Origin: a virus
Virus record (IMG/VR): IMGVR_UViG_3300030099_005838
Direction: 5' to 3' (one strand)
DNA: 64,000 bases
In this document: positions 48,909-59,567 of the stretch, in pieces
Layout: the number at the start of each line of letters is the position of its first letter
How positions within the stretch are numbered: the stretch's first letter is position 1
Translations under genes and position numbers: made by a program
Notes under the pieces: model-generated
Seen by the model: the letters and a program-made list of their open reading frames with translations, nothing else
Told to the model about the DNA's origin: nothing
The model's database searches: none

Positions 48909-50292
48909 AAAGAAAATACTACTCTTATCAGATGATTTAAGAATGCATAGTGGTATCGCAACTATGTCTCGTACATTTGTTTTAGGCACTTTACAGCATT
49001 ACGATTGGGTTCAGGTTGGTGGTGCTATTAAACATCCTGAAGAAGGTAAGATTGTCGATATGAATGAATCAGTTAGAAAAGACACCGGTATAAAAGATGC
49101 GAGTTTAAGAGTTTATCCAATATCAGGTTATGGGAATCAAGAATTGTTACGAAATGTAATTGATAGAGAAAATCCAGATGCGATTTTACATTATACAGAT
49201 CCAAGATTTTGGGAGTGGTTATATCAAATGGAGCATGAGATAAGGCAACATATCCCTATATTTTACTATAATATTTGGGATGATTTACCCTATCCAATGT
49301 GGAATGAACCTTTTTATGAGAGTTGTGATTTGATTATGAACATTTCGAAACAGACAGTTAATATTGTGGATAATGTTTGCAAGGATAAACCACGCACCAA
49401 AACAGATAATACTTACATACCACATGGAATAAACTCAGATAATTTTTATCCAGTAGACAAAAATCATAAAGACTGGGGTGATTTTTTAAGTTTCAAGCGA
49501 AATGCTACTCATAATAAAGATTATGATTTTATAGTTTTTTGGAATAACAGAAACATTCGTAGGAAACTGCCAGGTGATGTTATTATGGCGTATAAAACTT
49601 TTTGTGATATGTTACCAAAAGAAAAATCAGAAAAATGTTTACTGATTATGCATACTGCACCAAGGGATGAAAATGGAACAGACTTACCAGCAGTTGTCGA
49701 AGCTGTATGTTCTGATTACGATGTGATATTCTCAACTGCAAAACTCAATGATAAAGACTTATGTTTTCTGTACAACGTTGCAGATGTAACAATTAATATG
49801 GCGTCTAATGAAGGATTTGGATTAGGAACTTGTGAATCATTAATGTGTGGTACACCAATATCAGTTAATGTTACTGGTGGATTACAAGACCAATGTGGAT
49901 TCAAATACAAGGGTAAATTACTAACTTACGAAGATTACAGTTGGGTACATTCATTGCATGACGCTAAGAAGTGGAAAGATAACTCTGATTTGACTTGGGG
50001 TGAATGGGCTAAACCAGTTTGGCCTTCTAATAGAAGTTTACAGGGTTCAATACCGACACCTTACATTTTTGACGATAGACCACGATTTGAAGACTTCGCA
50101 GATGTCATTAAGCAATGGTATGATATGGATTCGGAGGAGAGAAAGAGATGTGGTATGAAAGGGCATGAGTTTGTTATGAGTGATGATGCTATGATGAGTG
50201 CAAAGGCTATGTCTAATCTATTCATAGAACATATGGATAAAGGCATGGAAGAGTGGAAACCAAGAAAACGTTTTACAATGATAGAGGCTTAA
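48901..50292 (+). CDS. GT-B glycosyltransferase (GT4-like)
   Basis: LSDD....SG.A, YIPHG, NRNIRRK, LYN.ADV....S.EGFGL...E. Confidence 0.88.
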   Translation: MAKKKILLLSDDLRMHSGIATMSRTFVLGTLQHYDWVQVGGAIKHPEEGKIVDMNESVRKDTGIKDASLRVYPISGYGNQELLRNVIDRENPDAILHYTDPRFWEWLYQMEHEIRQHIPIFYYNIWDDLPYPMWNEPFYESCDLIMNISKQTVNIVDNVCKDKPRTKTDNTYIPHGINSDNFYPVDKNHKDWGDFLSFKRNATHNKDYDFIVFWNNRNIRRKLPGDVIMAYKTFCDMLPKEKSEKCLLIMHTAPRDENGTDLPAVVEAVCSDYDVIFSTAKLNDKDLCFLYNVADVTINMASNEGFGLGTCESLMCGTPISVNVTGGLQDQCGFKYKGKLLTYEDYSWVHSLHDAKKWKDNSDLTWGEWAKPVWPSNRSLQGSIPTPYIFDDRPRFEDFADVIKQWYDMDSEERKRCGMKGHEFVMSDDAMMSAKAMSNLFIEHMDKGMEEWKPRKRFTMIEA

Positions 50293-50293
50293 G

Positions 50294-51637
50294 ATGAAAC
50301 CATTAGTACTATTTACAGGTCCGGTTGTCACAAGAAGTGGTTATGGGGCACACGCAAGAGACTTAGTTAAGTCTTTGATAAAGATGGATAAATTCGAAAT
50401 ACATATTAATTCTTTGAGATGGGGAAACACACCCTGGAATGCTCTTAATCTTCAAAATGAAGAAGATAAACTTATCTTAGATAGGATATTGAAAGAACCG
50501 AATCTTCCAAGAGAACCAGATATTCATATTCAAGTCAGTATACCATCTGAGTTTACACCACTTGCAAAATATAATATTGGTGTTACAGCAGGTATGGAAA
50601 ATACTGCACCCGTACCATCTTGGGTTGATGGGATGAATAAGATGGATATGGTGATTTGTACTTCTAACTTTACTAAGAACACATTTAAAAAAGTTGTCTA
50701 TGAACAGATAGATAAAAATACAAATCAGAAAACAGGTGAGTTGAGAGTAGTTAAACCTATGGAAGTTTTGTTTGAGGGTGTCGATACCAACATATATAAA
50801 CAAACAAAGGAGTTCTCAAAAGATTTAGTAGATGAAATGAATATGATTAAAGAAAAGTTTTGTTTTCTTTATGTAGGACATTGGTTGCAGGGTGATTTGG
50901 GACAAGATAGAAAAGATACAGGTATGTTGGTTAAAACATTCCTCGAAAAATTTAAAAATATGAAAAGACCACCAGCTTTGATTATGAAAACTAGTTCGGC
51001 GACATTTTCCGTAATAGATAGAAGAGATATTTTAAAAAGAATAGATATGATAAAGAAATCTGTTAAAGGTAATTTACCACCGGTTTATTTATTACATGGA
51101 GATTTAGAAGACGAAGAGATGAATCAGTTATATAATCACCCAAAAGTTAAAGTAATGGTTACCTTTACAAAAGGTGAAGGATTTGGTCGTCCTCTATTAG
51201 AAGCCTCTATTGCGGCAAAACCCATAATAGCCTCTAATTGGAGTGGGCACTTAGATTTTCTAAATAAAAAACATAGTGTGCTATTACCAGGTAATCTAAC
51301 AAAAGTCCATAAATCTGCTTTACCGAAAGATTACTTAGTTGAAAATGCACAATGGTTTACCGTAAACTATCAATATGCCGCACAGATTATGATGGATATG
51401 TTTAAAAATTATAGAAAGTATACATTCAATGCTAAGAAACAATCAATGGTAAATAAAGGTAAATTTAGTTTAGAAAGTATGTCTAAAGTCTTTGAAAATA
51501 TATTGAATAAATACTTACCAAAATTTGAACAACAACCTCAGCCAGTCGATTTGAAACTACCTGATTTGAAATTAGTTGCAGATAAAGCACCGTTAAGAGC
51601 TGATGATATGAAACTTCCAAAATTAAAGAGGTCGTAA
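50294..51637 (+). CDS. GT-B glycosyltransferase (GT4-like)
   Basis: TRSGYG.H.R, FLYVGHW, RKD.G, LYNHPKVK......GEGFGRPLLEA...IASNWSGHLDF. Confidence 0.88.
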   Translation: MKPLVLFTGPVVTRSGYGAHARDLVKSLIKMDKFEIHINSLRWGNTPWNALNLQNEEDKLILDRILKEPNLPREPDIHIQVSIPSEFTPLAKYNIGVTAGMENTAPVPSWVDGMNKMDMVICTSNFTKNTFKKVVYEQIDKNTNQKTGELRVVKPMEVLFEGVDTNIYKQTKEFSKDLVDEMNMIKEKFCFLYVGHWLQGDLGQDRKDTGMLVKTFLEKFKNMKRPPALIMKTSSATFSVIDRRDILKRIDMIKKSVKGNLPPVYLLHGDLEDEEMNQLYNHPKVKVMVTFTKGEGFGRPLLEASIAAKPIIASNWSGHLDFLNKKHSVLLPGNLTKVHKSALPKDYLVENAQWFTVNYQYAAQIMMDMFKNYRKYTFNAKKQSMVNKGKFSLESMSKVFENILNKYLPKFEQQPQPVDLKLPDLKLVADKAPLRADDMKLPKLKRS

Positions 51638-52101
51638 TGGAACATAAGACTAATTGTCCACTCTGTAAGGACTTACATAATAATTGCTTTGTAGAACAAA
51701 CAGAGGTTAAGGGAGAACCATTTGAATCATATCTTTGTTTTGGTTGTGGAATGACATCTAATTCTTATATGGCTATAGATAGTGAAAAACTTGAAACAAT
51801 GGTAAGTGGTAATACTCAATTAATGAATGACTTAAAAATTATCGATGAAGAAAGAGGATTAGTTTGGTTTCCCTCAGTAATTAATATGGGAGAAAAGGGA
51901 ATAATTTATCCAGATGGAAAACAAAATGATTGGTATTGGCATTATGCTCAAGTTGTCGATATACCTGAAGAAGAGAGAGAACAGTATGATGGGCATAGTA
52001 AGAGGTTAGACGTAGAAAATCCTCAGATATTCGGACAGTTTGAGTTTATGAAAGCATGTACTGCTATGGGTATAGTTAAAGATATGGGTCCTGAAGAATG
52101 A
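51637..52101 (+). CDS. Hypothetical zinc-binding protein
   Basis: CPLC...CFGCG; coupled ORF. Confidence 0.65.
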   Translation: MEHKTNCPLCKDLHNNCFVEQTEVKGEPFESYLCFGCGMTSNSYMAIDSEKLETMVSGNTQLMNDLKIIDEERGLVWFPSVINMGEKGIIYPDGKQNDWYWHYAQVVDIPEEEREQYDGHSKRLDVENPQIFGQFEFMKACTAMGIVKDMGPEE

Positions 52102-52559
52102 GAGACCAAACAACTTGGAATAAAATTCGGCCCGGTGATATCATATCATTTAGATATCCAACCAATGGTGTGCTTAAACTCAATACTATCTTAGTTTTTG
52201 CAATTAAAGCACCTGTACAAACTAAATCTGGTTCGAAAAAGCATTTGAGAGGTATGAAGATAGAAGAAAGAAACAGACCTTTTATTACACCAACTTGGAT
52301 TAGAGAGGTTACTAAGGTTGGAAATTTATCACTTATAAAAAAGACATCAAATACAGAAGCGATATTGAAATTATCAGTAGGTAGCTATCAGATAGGTGAA
52401 AGAACTGATGATACAGAGTTTACTAAACTAAGGGGTTTTTTATCTAAAACAAACTCTTATCGCACATATGATTTCGATATTGCGAGAAAATATCAAGTTT
52501 ACTTTGAACCCGTACAGGTTCCGGCTTCTATATTGAAGGAGTTAGCTGGTGAAGATTAG
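52098..52559 (+). CDS. Hypothetical protein
   Basis: Clean ORF with ATGA overlap. Confidence 0.6.
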   Translation: MRDQTTWNKIRPGDIISFRYPTNGVLKLNTILVFAIKAPVQTKSGSKKHLRGMKIEERNRPFITPTWIREVTKVGNLSLIKKTSNTEAILKLSVGSYQIGERTDDTEFTKLRGFLSKTNSYRTYDFDIARKYQVYFEPVQVPASILKELAGED

Positions 52560-54138
52560 TTACGGTATTACAGTTCATAATGAAGCTGACGAACTGAATA
52601 AGTTATTAGAAATATTAGTACATAAAACAGATAAAGAGGATGAGATAGTAATTTGTGTAGATGGTGAAGACGACGCGGTGAGATTTGTTCTTGATAGTTG
52701 TACACAGAAATATTCTAAGGATAAATTAATCAAGGTTTACCAAAGAAAGTTAGACAAAAATTTTGCAGAACATAAGAATTCAGTTATAGAAAATTCAACA
52801 GGTGATTATATTTTTCACATTGATGCGGATGAATATCCCCATGAAATATTACTACAACAACTAAAACAAATATTGAAAATGAATGACGTTGATTTAGTAT
52901 GGATACCTCGCGTGAATACCGTTGAAGGAATGACGCAACAAGATATACAAAAGTGGGGGTGGAGAATATCAGAAAAGAATTGGGTAAACTATCCTGATTA
53001 TCAAAGTAGGGTGTTTCGTAATCATAAAGATATTAGATGGACTAGACCATTACATGAACATATCGTTGGGGTAAAGACATATGCTCATCTACCACCACAT
53101 GAAGAGTTGAGTCTGTATCATCCAAAAACTATACAGAAACAAACTGAACAAAATATGTTTTACAATCAGAACTTCAGTAGCGATATGAATGTTAGGAATG
53201 GTGTAAAAAAAAACTTTGAACCGATTTCATTAGAATACTTTCTTAGTATGGAGGTTGCGAGTGGTGGCCCTTCTAAGGTAATACTGAACCGATATGACAA
53301 ACTCAAAACTGTAAAAGATGTTATTGAGTTTTATTCGAATAAAGATAATATAAAATTAGTAGAAAAAGAATTGAAACCAAATAACTGGCAGTATTTTAAT
53401 TGTATGCTAGCGGAGTTCAGACATAATGTCGCTGACCATCATCAGTTGGGTTGGGAAAACATGACTAAAGAATATTATGAATCACTTGACTTAATGACAG
53501 ATGAAGAGATAGAGGTATTCAACAAAACCAATCCAGTTGAGTTTGACAATGGTTTAATGAAGCATGGTTACCATAGAGGTTACGCTATGATTGGTAGATT
53601 AGTCGCAGGTAAACCTTACATACCATTGTATATGGAAAAAGAGAAGATATATAATATACCTTGGAAAAATGATAATAAGATTAGAATCAATAATCCTATA
53701 TATAATATCAGATGTCTCAACGAACTTAATGACTTGGATAAAAATGAATATTGTTTAACTCAATCTAGTATATTGTCATTGATGGGATTAAGACAAAATA
53801 ATGATGTTGATATTATTATCAGCTCTAAGTTGAGAAGTCGGTTAGGAATTGGCAATCAGTATGTGAAGAGGGGTAATATAGAAATATTCTCACCTAACTA
53901 CGATAAGTTTATGATTAATGGTGTCAAGAATGATGATGACTTAATCGAAAATTTTACATTCAAATTTGAAGGATATAAATTTTTAGAGCCAAGATTTTAT
54001 TTCAGTAGGAAACATAGGAACGATGAAAAAAATAGAAATGATTGGGAAGGTATAAGAAGGTTTTACAAAATGGAAACTTACAGAGGCTATCCATTTTCTA
54101 ATTGTAACATAGATAAATGGGGGTTTGAGTATCTATGA
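52549..54138 (+). CDS. GT2-like glycosyltransferase fused to putative ParB/Srx-like and nucleotidyltransferase-like domains
   Basis: N-terminal ISY.IT..NE, IFHIDADE, PRVN, YPDYQ.R; middle HGYHR; late SSIL.L.GLR...DVD. Confidence 0.65.
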   Translation: MKISYGITVHNEADELNKLLEILVHKTDKEDEIVICVDGEDDAVRFVLDSCTQKYSKDKLIKVYQRKLDKNFAEHKNSVIENSTGDYIFHIDADEYPHEILLQQLKQILKMNDVDLVWIPRVNTVEGMTQQDIQKWGWRISEKNWVNYPDYQSRVFRNHKDIRWTRPLHEHIVGVKTYAHLPPHEELSLYHPKTIQKQTEQNMFYNQNFSSDMNVRNGVKKNFEPISLEYFLSMEVASGGPSKVILNRYDKLKTVKDVIEFYSNKDNIKLVEKELKPNNWQYFNCMLAEFRHNVADHHQLGWENMTKEYYESLDLMTDEEIEVFNKTNPVEFDNGLMKHGYHRGYAMIGRLVAGKPYIPLYMEKEKIYNIPWKNDNKIRINNPIYNIRCLNELNDLDKNEYCLTQSSILSLMGLRQNNDVDIIISSKLRSRLGIGNQYVKRGNIEIFSPNYDKFMINGVKNDDDLIENFTFKFEGYKFLEPRFYFSRKHRNDEKNRNDWEGIRRFYKMETYRGYPFSNCNIDKWGFEYL

Positions 54139-55703
54139 TAATATCACATAAACATAAGTTTATATTTATGAAAACCAGAAAGACAGCTGGTACAAGTATT
54201 CAAACTGCATTAACAGATATTTGTGGGCCTGATGATATTATATCCTCTGATATAGATACAGTTGGTAGAAACGAGAATAAATCTTGTTGGGATGGCCATC
54301 CACATCCACATCTTTGGGATGTAAGGAATTTGGTTGGTGAGGAGATATTTAACAGTTACTTCAAATTTGCATTCATAAGAAATCCATTCGATGTGACAGT
54401 TTCAAGATTCTTTTGGAATATTAAAGGTAAAGGGCAGAAAGGTTATGAATTAACAAAAGATGGATTCAACAAATGGATTGATAAATATACATCTCAATTT
54501 ATCTTTCATAAAGCCGAATACTTTCCTATTAACTTAGCATATCCTTTTTTGTATAGTCACAATTTTGTCAATCCAAACACATTCGAAAGAATAGGTCCTG
54601 ATATCAGAGAATTAGCATTTGATGTTGATTTTGTTGGTAGGTTTGAAAACTTAATCGATGATTTTGATTATGTGTGTGAAAGGTTGGGTTTAGGAAAGAT
54701 AAGTTTACCACAAAAGAAAACAGGTATGAGAGACAAAAGAGATTTCAGAGAAATGTATACTGATGAGTCTATGAAAAAAGTTGAGAATGTATTTGCAGAA
54801 GACTTACTAACTTTAGGATATTCATTTCAACAAGACCTAACCCTAAGTAAAAGAAGTGTTTTGATTGACAGAAACATATTTAAAGATTCAGACATAAATA
54901 TTAATGGTGCTAGTATAATCAAAGTACCAGATTGGTTGGAAAATCCATTAGGTAAATATTACCTATATTTTGCAAGTCATACAGGAAAGTACATTAGACT
55001 AGCATATTCGGATAACCTGATGGGTCCTTACTCTATCTATAGAGGTGGTAGCCTAAATATTAGTCAAACAAATTGTAAGAGTCATATCGCTAGTCCTGAT
55101 GTACATATAGATGGTGACAAAATATTAATGTACTATCACGGAGATTTAGAGAATGGACAAAAATCATTTCTATCTACATCCACAGATGGTATAAATTTTA
55201 AAACCGATAATAAGGTTTTAGGAGAGTTTTACTTTAGAGTATTTAAGTATAAAGATAAAGTATATTCTATTGCAAAAAATAAAAATGAGGATTCGGTGAT
55301 ATACCAATCAGATTCTTACAATGGTGAGTTTAAAAGAATATTTAATATATTACCTAACTCAAGACATACTGCCGTTCATCTAAAAGATGATTACCTCTAC
55401 ATATTTTATACAGTTGTAAAGGATGCACCTGAATCAATATACTATTGTAAACTAAAACTCTCAGAAAGTATAGAAGATTGGAAAGTAATTTCTAATAATC
55501 GTTTAACAATACCTCAATACAGATATGAAGGTGGTGGCTCTCAGATAATGCCAAGTAATTTTGGTTCAGCTACATTAAGATATGGTAATATACCATTAAA
55601 TGAATTGAGAGATCCATGTATTTTTGAAGATGATGATTTGTATTTGTTGTATACCTTTAGTGGGGAAGCAGGTATAGCTATAGGAAAATTAAATTATGAA
55701 TAA
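54135..55703 (+). CDS. Sulfotransferase family 2 domain fused to a five-bladed beta-propeller glycoside-hydrolase-like domain
   Basis: FIF.K..KTAGTS, F.F.RNP....VS, DFVGRFENL..DF; then YYLYFA.H.G.YI.LA, H.ASPDV, MYYHG, LRDP. Confidence 0.75.
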   Translation: MIISHKHKFIFMKTRKTAGTSIQTALTDICGPDDIISSDIDTVGRNENKSCWDGHPHPHLWDVRNLVGEEIFNSYFKFAFIRNPFDVTVSRFFWNIKGKGQKGYELTKDGFNKWIDKYTSQFIFHKAEYFPINLAYPFLYSHNFVNPNTFERIGPDIRELAFDVDFVGRFENLIDDFDYVCERLGLGKISLPQKKTGMRDKRDFREMYTDESMKKVENVFAEDLLTLGYSFQQDLTLSKRSVLIDRNIFKDSDININGASIIKVPDWLENPLGKYYLYFASHTGKYIRLAYSDNLMGPYSIYRGGSLNISQTNCKSHIASPDVHIDGDKILMYYHGDLENGQKSFLSTSTDGINFKTDNKVLGEFYFRVFKYKDKVYSIAKNKNEDSVIYQSDSYNGEFKRIFNILPNSRHTAVHLKDDYLYIFYTVVKDAPESIYYCKLKLSESIEDWKVISNNRLTIPQYRYEGGGSQIMPSNFGSATLRYGNIPLNELRDPCIFEDDDLYLLYTFSGEAGIAIGKLNYE

Positions 55704-56475
55704 TGTAGTGTTTCAGGTGAATATCAAAGGACATAGAGTTAAAAAAGAGTTTGAATACTCTACTAAATCTTGGGCAAATTGGTGTAAGAAGAATGATTAC
55801 TCTCACTTTGTCTTAGAAGAACCAATACAAAACTTAGAATATATGAATGCAAACTGGCATAAGTTCTATGTTTTAAGTATGTTAGAAAATGAAGGTATAG
55901 ACTACGAAAGTGTTTGTATTGTTGATGCAGATACAATAGTTCATCCAGATTGTCCTGATTTTTTCAAAATGGTTGGTGATAGATTTGGAGTCGTACAAAG
56001 TGATGGTTGTTATGAGTGGGTGAATCGTAGTATTAAAAAATATGGACAATATTTGTTTCCCGATATTGAATTAAGAACTTGGGAGTATTTCAATAGTGGG
56101 TTTATGGTATTAAATAAAAAACATTCAAAATTTTGTGAAGAGGTTTACAAGTTCTACCATAGTAATAGGGATAAACTAATATATGCTCAAAAGAATTTTT
56201 TAGTTGGAACAGACCAAACTCCCATAAATTTTTTGACGAGAAAATTGAATATCGATTTGAAATGGTTACCAAATGCATACAATCTACATGACCCGTATAG
56301 AAAAGGTTTATTATGTATAAAGAATATTAATTGGTTATTCGATCATGTACCTGATAGATTAGACGATTTATTTAACTCAGGTTGGGTTTATCACTTCAAT
56401 GCAGTACCACAAAATCCTATGGGTAGAGATGCTGGTTATTGGATGAAGAGAACATTTGAGGAGTTATACAAATGA
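55696..56475 (+). CDS. GT-A glycosyltransferase (GT8-like)
   Basis: VDAD..V, YFNSGFMV, DQT..N, LP..YN, YHFN. Confidence 0.75.
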   Translation: MNNVVFQVNIKGHRVKKEFEYSTKSWANWCKKNDYSHFVLEEPIQNLEYMNANWHKFYVLSMLENEGIDYESVCIVDADTIVHPDCPDFFKMVGDRFGVVQSDGCYEWVNRSIKKYGQYLFPDIELRTWEYFNSGFMVLNKKHSKFCEEVYKFYHSNRDKLIYAQKNFLVGTDQTPINFLTRKLNIDLKWLPNAYNLHDPYRKGLLCIKNINWLFDHVPDRLDDLFNSGWVYHFNAVPQNPMGRDAGYWMKRTFEELYK

Positions 56476-57383
56476 AAGTTGTATTTTTTTCAGAAAGTCA
56501 AATCAGAGGTAAAGTTCCAAGAACATTTGAGAATGCTAGAACAGAATATGCTTGGTCTATTGCATTAGATGCAGAGTGGTGTCCGATAGGAGAAGAACCA
56601 TTAGGTAAGTATGATTTAGGTATTGTAATTATACCAAAAAACAATCCAAATATTGATATTACTAAACTTAGAAAGTGGTGCGGTAAAATAGCAGTAATGC
56701 AAGAAGGTCCAAATTGGTATTTCCAGGATTATACTATTGATAAACAATTTCATTACTACAATACATTGATGAGTGCTGATTGTGTTTATTGTCACAATGA
56801 AAGTGATGTAGATTACTATTTTGGATTAGGATGTAAAGATGTAAGAGTGATGAGAAGTTTGATGATTACTGATGGTTTAGTTCCACGAAGTGAGTGTGGA
56901 AATGGAACAATTATTGGTGGTAATTTTGTAAGTTGGTATGGTGGTTTTGATTCATATATAGTGGCTAGGAGAATAGGTAATTCCATTTGGGCACCATCTA
57001 TGGGTAGGAAACAAGAGCAAGAAGACATGATAGAAGATATTAACTATATGTCATATATGAGTTGGAGAGATTGGATTACAGCACTTGGTCAGTTTAACAT
57101 TGGAATTCATTTGATGAGAACACATGCCGCAGGAACATTTGCAATGAATTGTGCATTTCATGAGATACCTTGTATTGGTTACAAAGGATTAGATACACAG
57201 GAAATATTACATCCACTTACTACAGTAGATGTTGGAGACCTAAAAACTGCAAATGGAATTGCTAAAAAACTTAGAGATGATGAAAAATTCTATAAACTAT
57301 GTAGTCATACAATTAGAAAAAGATTTAAAGGATATTATACAGAAGACGCTTGGAAGGAAAATTGGAAGGTTACAAACAAATGA
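56472..57383 (+). CDS. Putative GT-B fold glycosyltransferase
   Basis: C-terminal HLM...AAGTF...CAF..IPCIG, resembling a GT-B nucleotide-binding lobe; cluster context. Confidence 0.55.
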   Translation: MKVVFFSESQIRGKVPRTFENARTEYAWSIALDAEWCPIGEEPLGKYDLGIVIIPKNNPNIDITKLRKWCGKIAVMQEGPNWYFQDYTIDKQFHYYNTLMSADCVYCHNESDVDYYFGLGCKDVRVMRSLMITDGLVPRSECGNGTIIGGNFVSWYGGFDSYIVARRIGNSIWAPSMGRKQEQEDMIEDINYMSYMSWRDWITALGQFNIGIHLMRTHAAGTFAMNCAFHEIPCIGYKGLDTQEILHPLTTVDVGDLKTANGIAKKLRDDEKFYKLCSHTIRKRFKGYYTEDAWKENWKVTNK

Positions 57384-58312
57384 AAGTTTTCTTCCGAATA
57401 ACTAACAATCAAATATACCCTATCGAAAGAGAACATTTGGGTTTTTCATCTAAAAATCCAGCTTACATACCAGATGATTATTTAGACAAAAAAGAATTTG
57501 TGATTATGAGAACTTGTCACGGTATAGGTGATTGGTGTATTATATCGGCGATACCAAGACTACTTAAACAAAAGTATTCTGATTGTAAAATCTATATACC
57601 TTCTAGTAAAATGTTGAAAGGTATGTTCGGTGGTATGTTAAATAATTGGGGATATGGCACATTTGATGCGAGTACAATTTCCAAAGTTGTATTCGAAAAT
57701 AACCCCTATGTTGATGCATTTATAGATGAATATTATGGTGAGATATTTCATGACCACTACAAAATATTTGATAACGATAATGATGAGATACCTCTTACTG
57801 AACAAATGATGAGATTTTGGCAGTTAAAAGATAGTGAGATGGTTGATACGACACCAGACTTTTATCCAACAAAAAAAGAAGAAGAATTCAAAATAAAATT
57901 TAATTTAGAACATAAGTTAGATAATTATTCTTATATATCAGTTTCATCTACATTTGAAACTACATCTAATGCTGAGTTGTTAATAAATAAAATAAAACAA
58001 AAAGATACCGATAATATGAAATGGTTATACTATGGTGAAGTTCCTCTCAAAGAATCCAAGTTAAGTTTTTTGAATGGAATCGAAATAAAGCCTATGAATC
58101 TAACCATAAGGGAACAACAGACTTTGAAGATAAATGCAAAATATAATTTTGGTAACGAAACTGGCATGAATCTTTGGACACCTAAATATTCCAAAACCTA
58201 TGTTATAGGAAATAAATCATATGGTCCGGTTCACGGTGGAAAGAATGAAGGTAAGCTAAGAAAGAGACCATTTAAAAGTGGAAATTTCATTAACAAAGTG
58301 GAGTATTTATGA
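57380..58312 (+). CDS. GT9/heptosyltransferase-like protein
   Basis: GIGD....S...R.LK.KY, VF.NNPYVD; ATG 57380 overlaps the upstream stop. Confidence 0.6.
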   Translation: MKVFFRITNNQIYPIEREHLGFSSKNPAYIPDDYLDKKEFVIMRTCHGIGDWCIISAIPRLLKQKYSDCKIYIPSSKMLKGMFGGMLNNWGYGTFDASTISKVVFENNPYVDAFIDEYYGEIFHDHYKIFDNDNDEIPLTEQMMRFWQLKDSEMVDTTPDFYPTKKEEEFKIKFNLEHKLDNYSYISVSSTFETTSNAELLINKIKQKDTDNMKWLYYGEVPLKESKLSFLNGIEIKPMNLTIREQQTLKINAKYNFGNETGMNLWTPKYSKTYVIGNKSYGPVHGGKNEGKLRKRPFKSGNFINKVEYL

Positions 58313-58617
58313 GATATTGTTTCGATATTGATGGGACTATATGTACAACAGATTGCGAGTATAAGGATGCTGAACCATATACAGAGGTTATTGAATGGAT
58401 AAATAAAAAATATGATGAGGGACATCATATACAACTCTACACATCAAGAGGAACTTCTTCAGGTATAGATTGGTTTGATTTTACATTGAAACAGATTGAA
58501 GGCTGGGGTGTAAAATATAATGGTTTGAAATTAGGTAAACCTGCTTATGACTTATTTGTAGATGATAGAGCGATGAACAATAAAGATTGGTATAAAAAAG
58601 AAGGAATCAAAATTTGA
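58309..58617 (+). CDS. Small HAD-superfamily phosphatase (capsule biosynthesis type)
   Basis: FDIDGTIC, YTSRG, GKP.YD.FVDD. Confidence 0.85.
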   Translation: MRYCFDIDGTICTTDCEYKDAEPYTEVIEWINKKYDEGHHIQLYTSRGTSSGIDWFDFTLKQIEGWGVKYNGLKLGKPAYDLFVDDRAMNNKDWYKKEGIKI

Positions 58618-59567
58618 ACATATTGATTTCTTGTGCTGGTGGGCCAGCAGCTGTCGGTATAATCAAATCCGTAGCTGAATTCAATGATAGTACACACAAA
58701 GTTGTTGCAATAGATTGTGATGAACTTTCAGTTGGTTTTCATTTAGCAGATAAAAGTTATGTTGTTCCCTTTTCAGTTGAGGATGATTTTTGGAAGGAAG
58801 TTCTCAAAGTTATTAGATATGAGAAAATAGATTTAGTAATACCTACAGGTGATGCAGACATTGTTCACTTTTCCAAAAACAAAAATGTTTTAAGAAAAAT
58901 GGGTGTTACTGTTTTTATGTCAGACTATAAGACTATTAAGATTTGTCAAGATAAACTCCTGTTTTACAAATATCTCGTTAAGAATGGATTAGAAAGTCTT
59001 CTACCCAAAACATCAACAGATTACAGAAAAATTGATTTACCAATACTTTGTAAGCCAAAAAGAGGTAGTGGTAGCAGGGGTATAGAATTGTGGGAAACAG
59101 AGTCTCAAATAAAAGAGTTGGATAAAATAGAAAATCTACATTATAGTAGTGATTACATATTTCAAGAATACCTACCAGGTAATGAATACACAATCGATGT
59201 TTTATGTGATTTGAAAGGTGAGATACTATCTATAGTACCAAGGAAAAGACTACAGATAAAAGCTGGTATATCCTCTAAAGGTAAAATAATTAGAGACAAA
59301 ATCATAGAAGATAGTTGTAGAATACTGTGTAAAAAACTTGGAGTGAAAGGGCCTGTTTGTATTCAGATGAAAGAAGATATAAATGGTACGCCAAAGTTTG
59401 TGGAAATAAATCCACGTGTAGGTGGTGGTACTTATTTTGCTACTCTCGCAGGTGTTAACTTTATGAAAATAATTTTGGATATGATGAATAACGATGATAT
59501 TTATATAGAGGAGCCTAAAGAAATAACGGTTTTAAGGTATTACGAAGAGGTTGTAGTAAGTGAGTAA
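58614..59567 (+). CDS. ATP-grasp ligase (CPS-like/PylC-like)
   Basis: CQDK...Y, KP..GSGSRGI, QEYLPG.EYT.D, EINPR.GGG; TTG start. Confidence 0.88.
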   Translation: MNILISCAGGPAAVGIIKSVAEFNDSTHKVVAIDCDELSVGFHLADKSYVVPFSVEDDFWKEVLKVIRYEKIDLVIPTGDADIVHFSKNKNVLRKMGVTVFMSDYKTIKICQDKLLFYKYLVKNGLESLLPKTSTDYRKIDLPILCKPKRGSGSRGIELWETESQIKELDKIENLHYSSDYIFQEYLPGNEYTIDVLCDLKGEILSIVPRKRLQIKAGISSKGKIIRDKIIEDSCRILCKKLGVKGPVCIQMKEDINGTPKFVEINPRVGGGTYFATLAGVNFMKIILDMMNNDDIYIEEPKEITVLRYYEEVVVSE

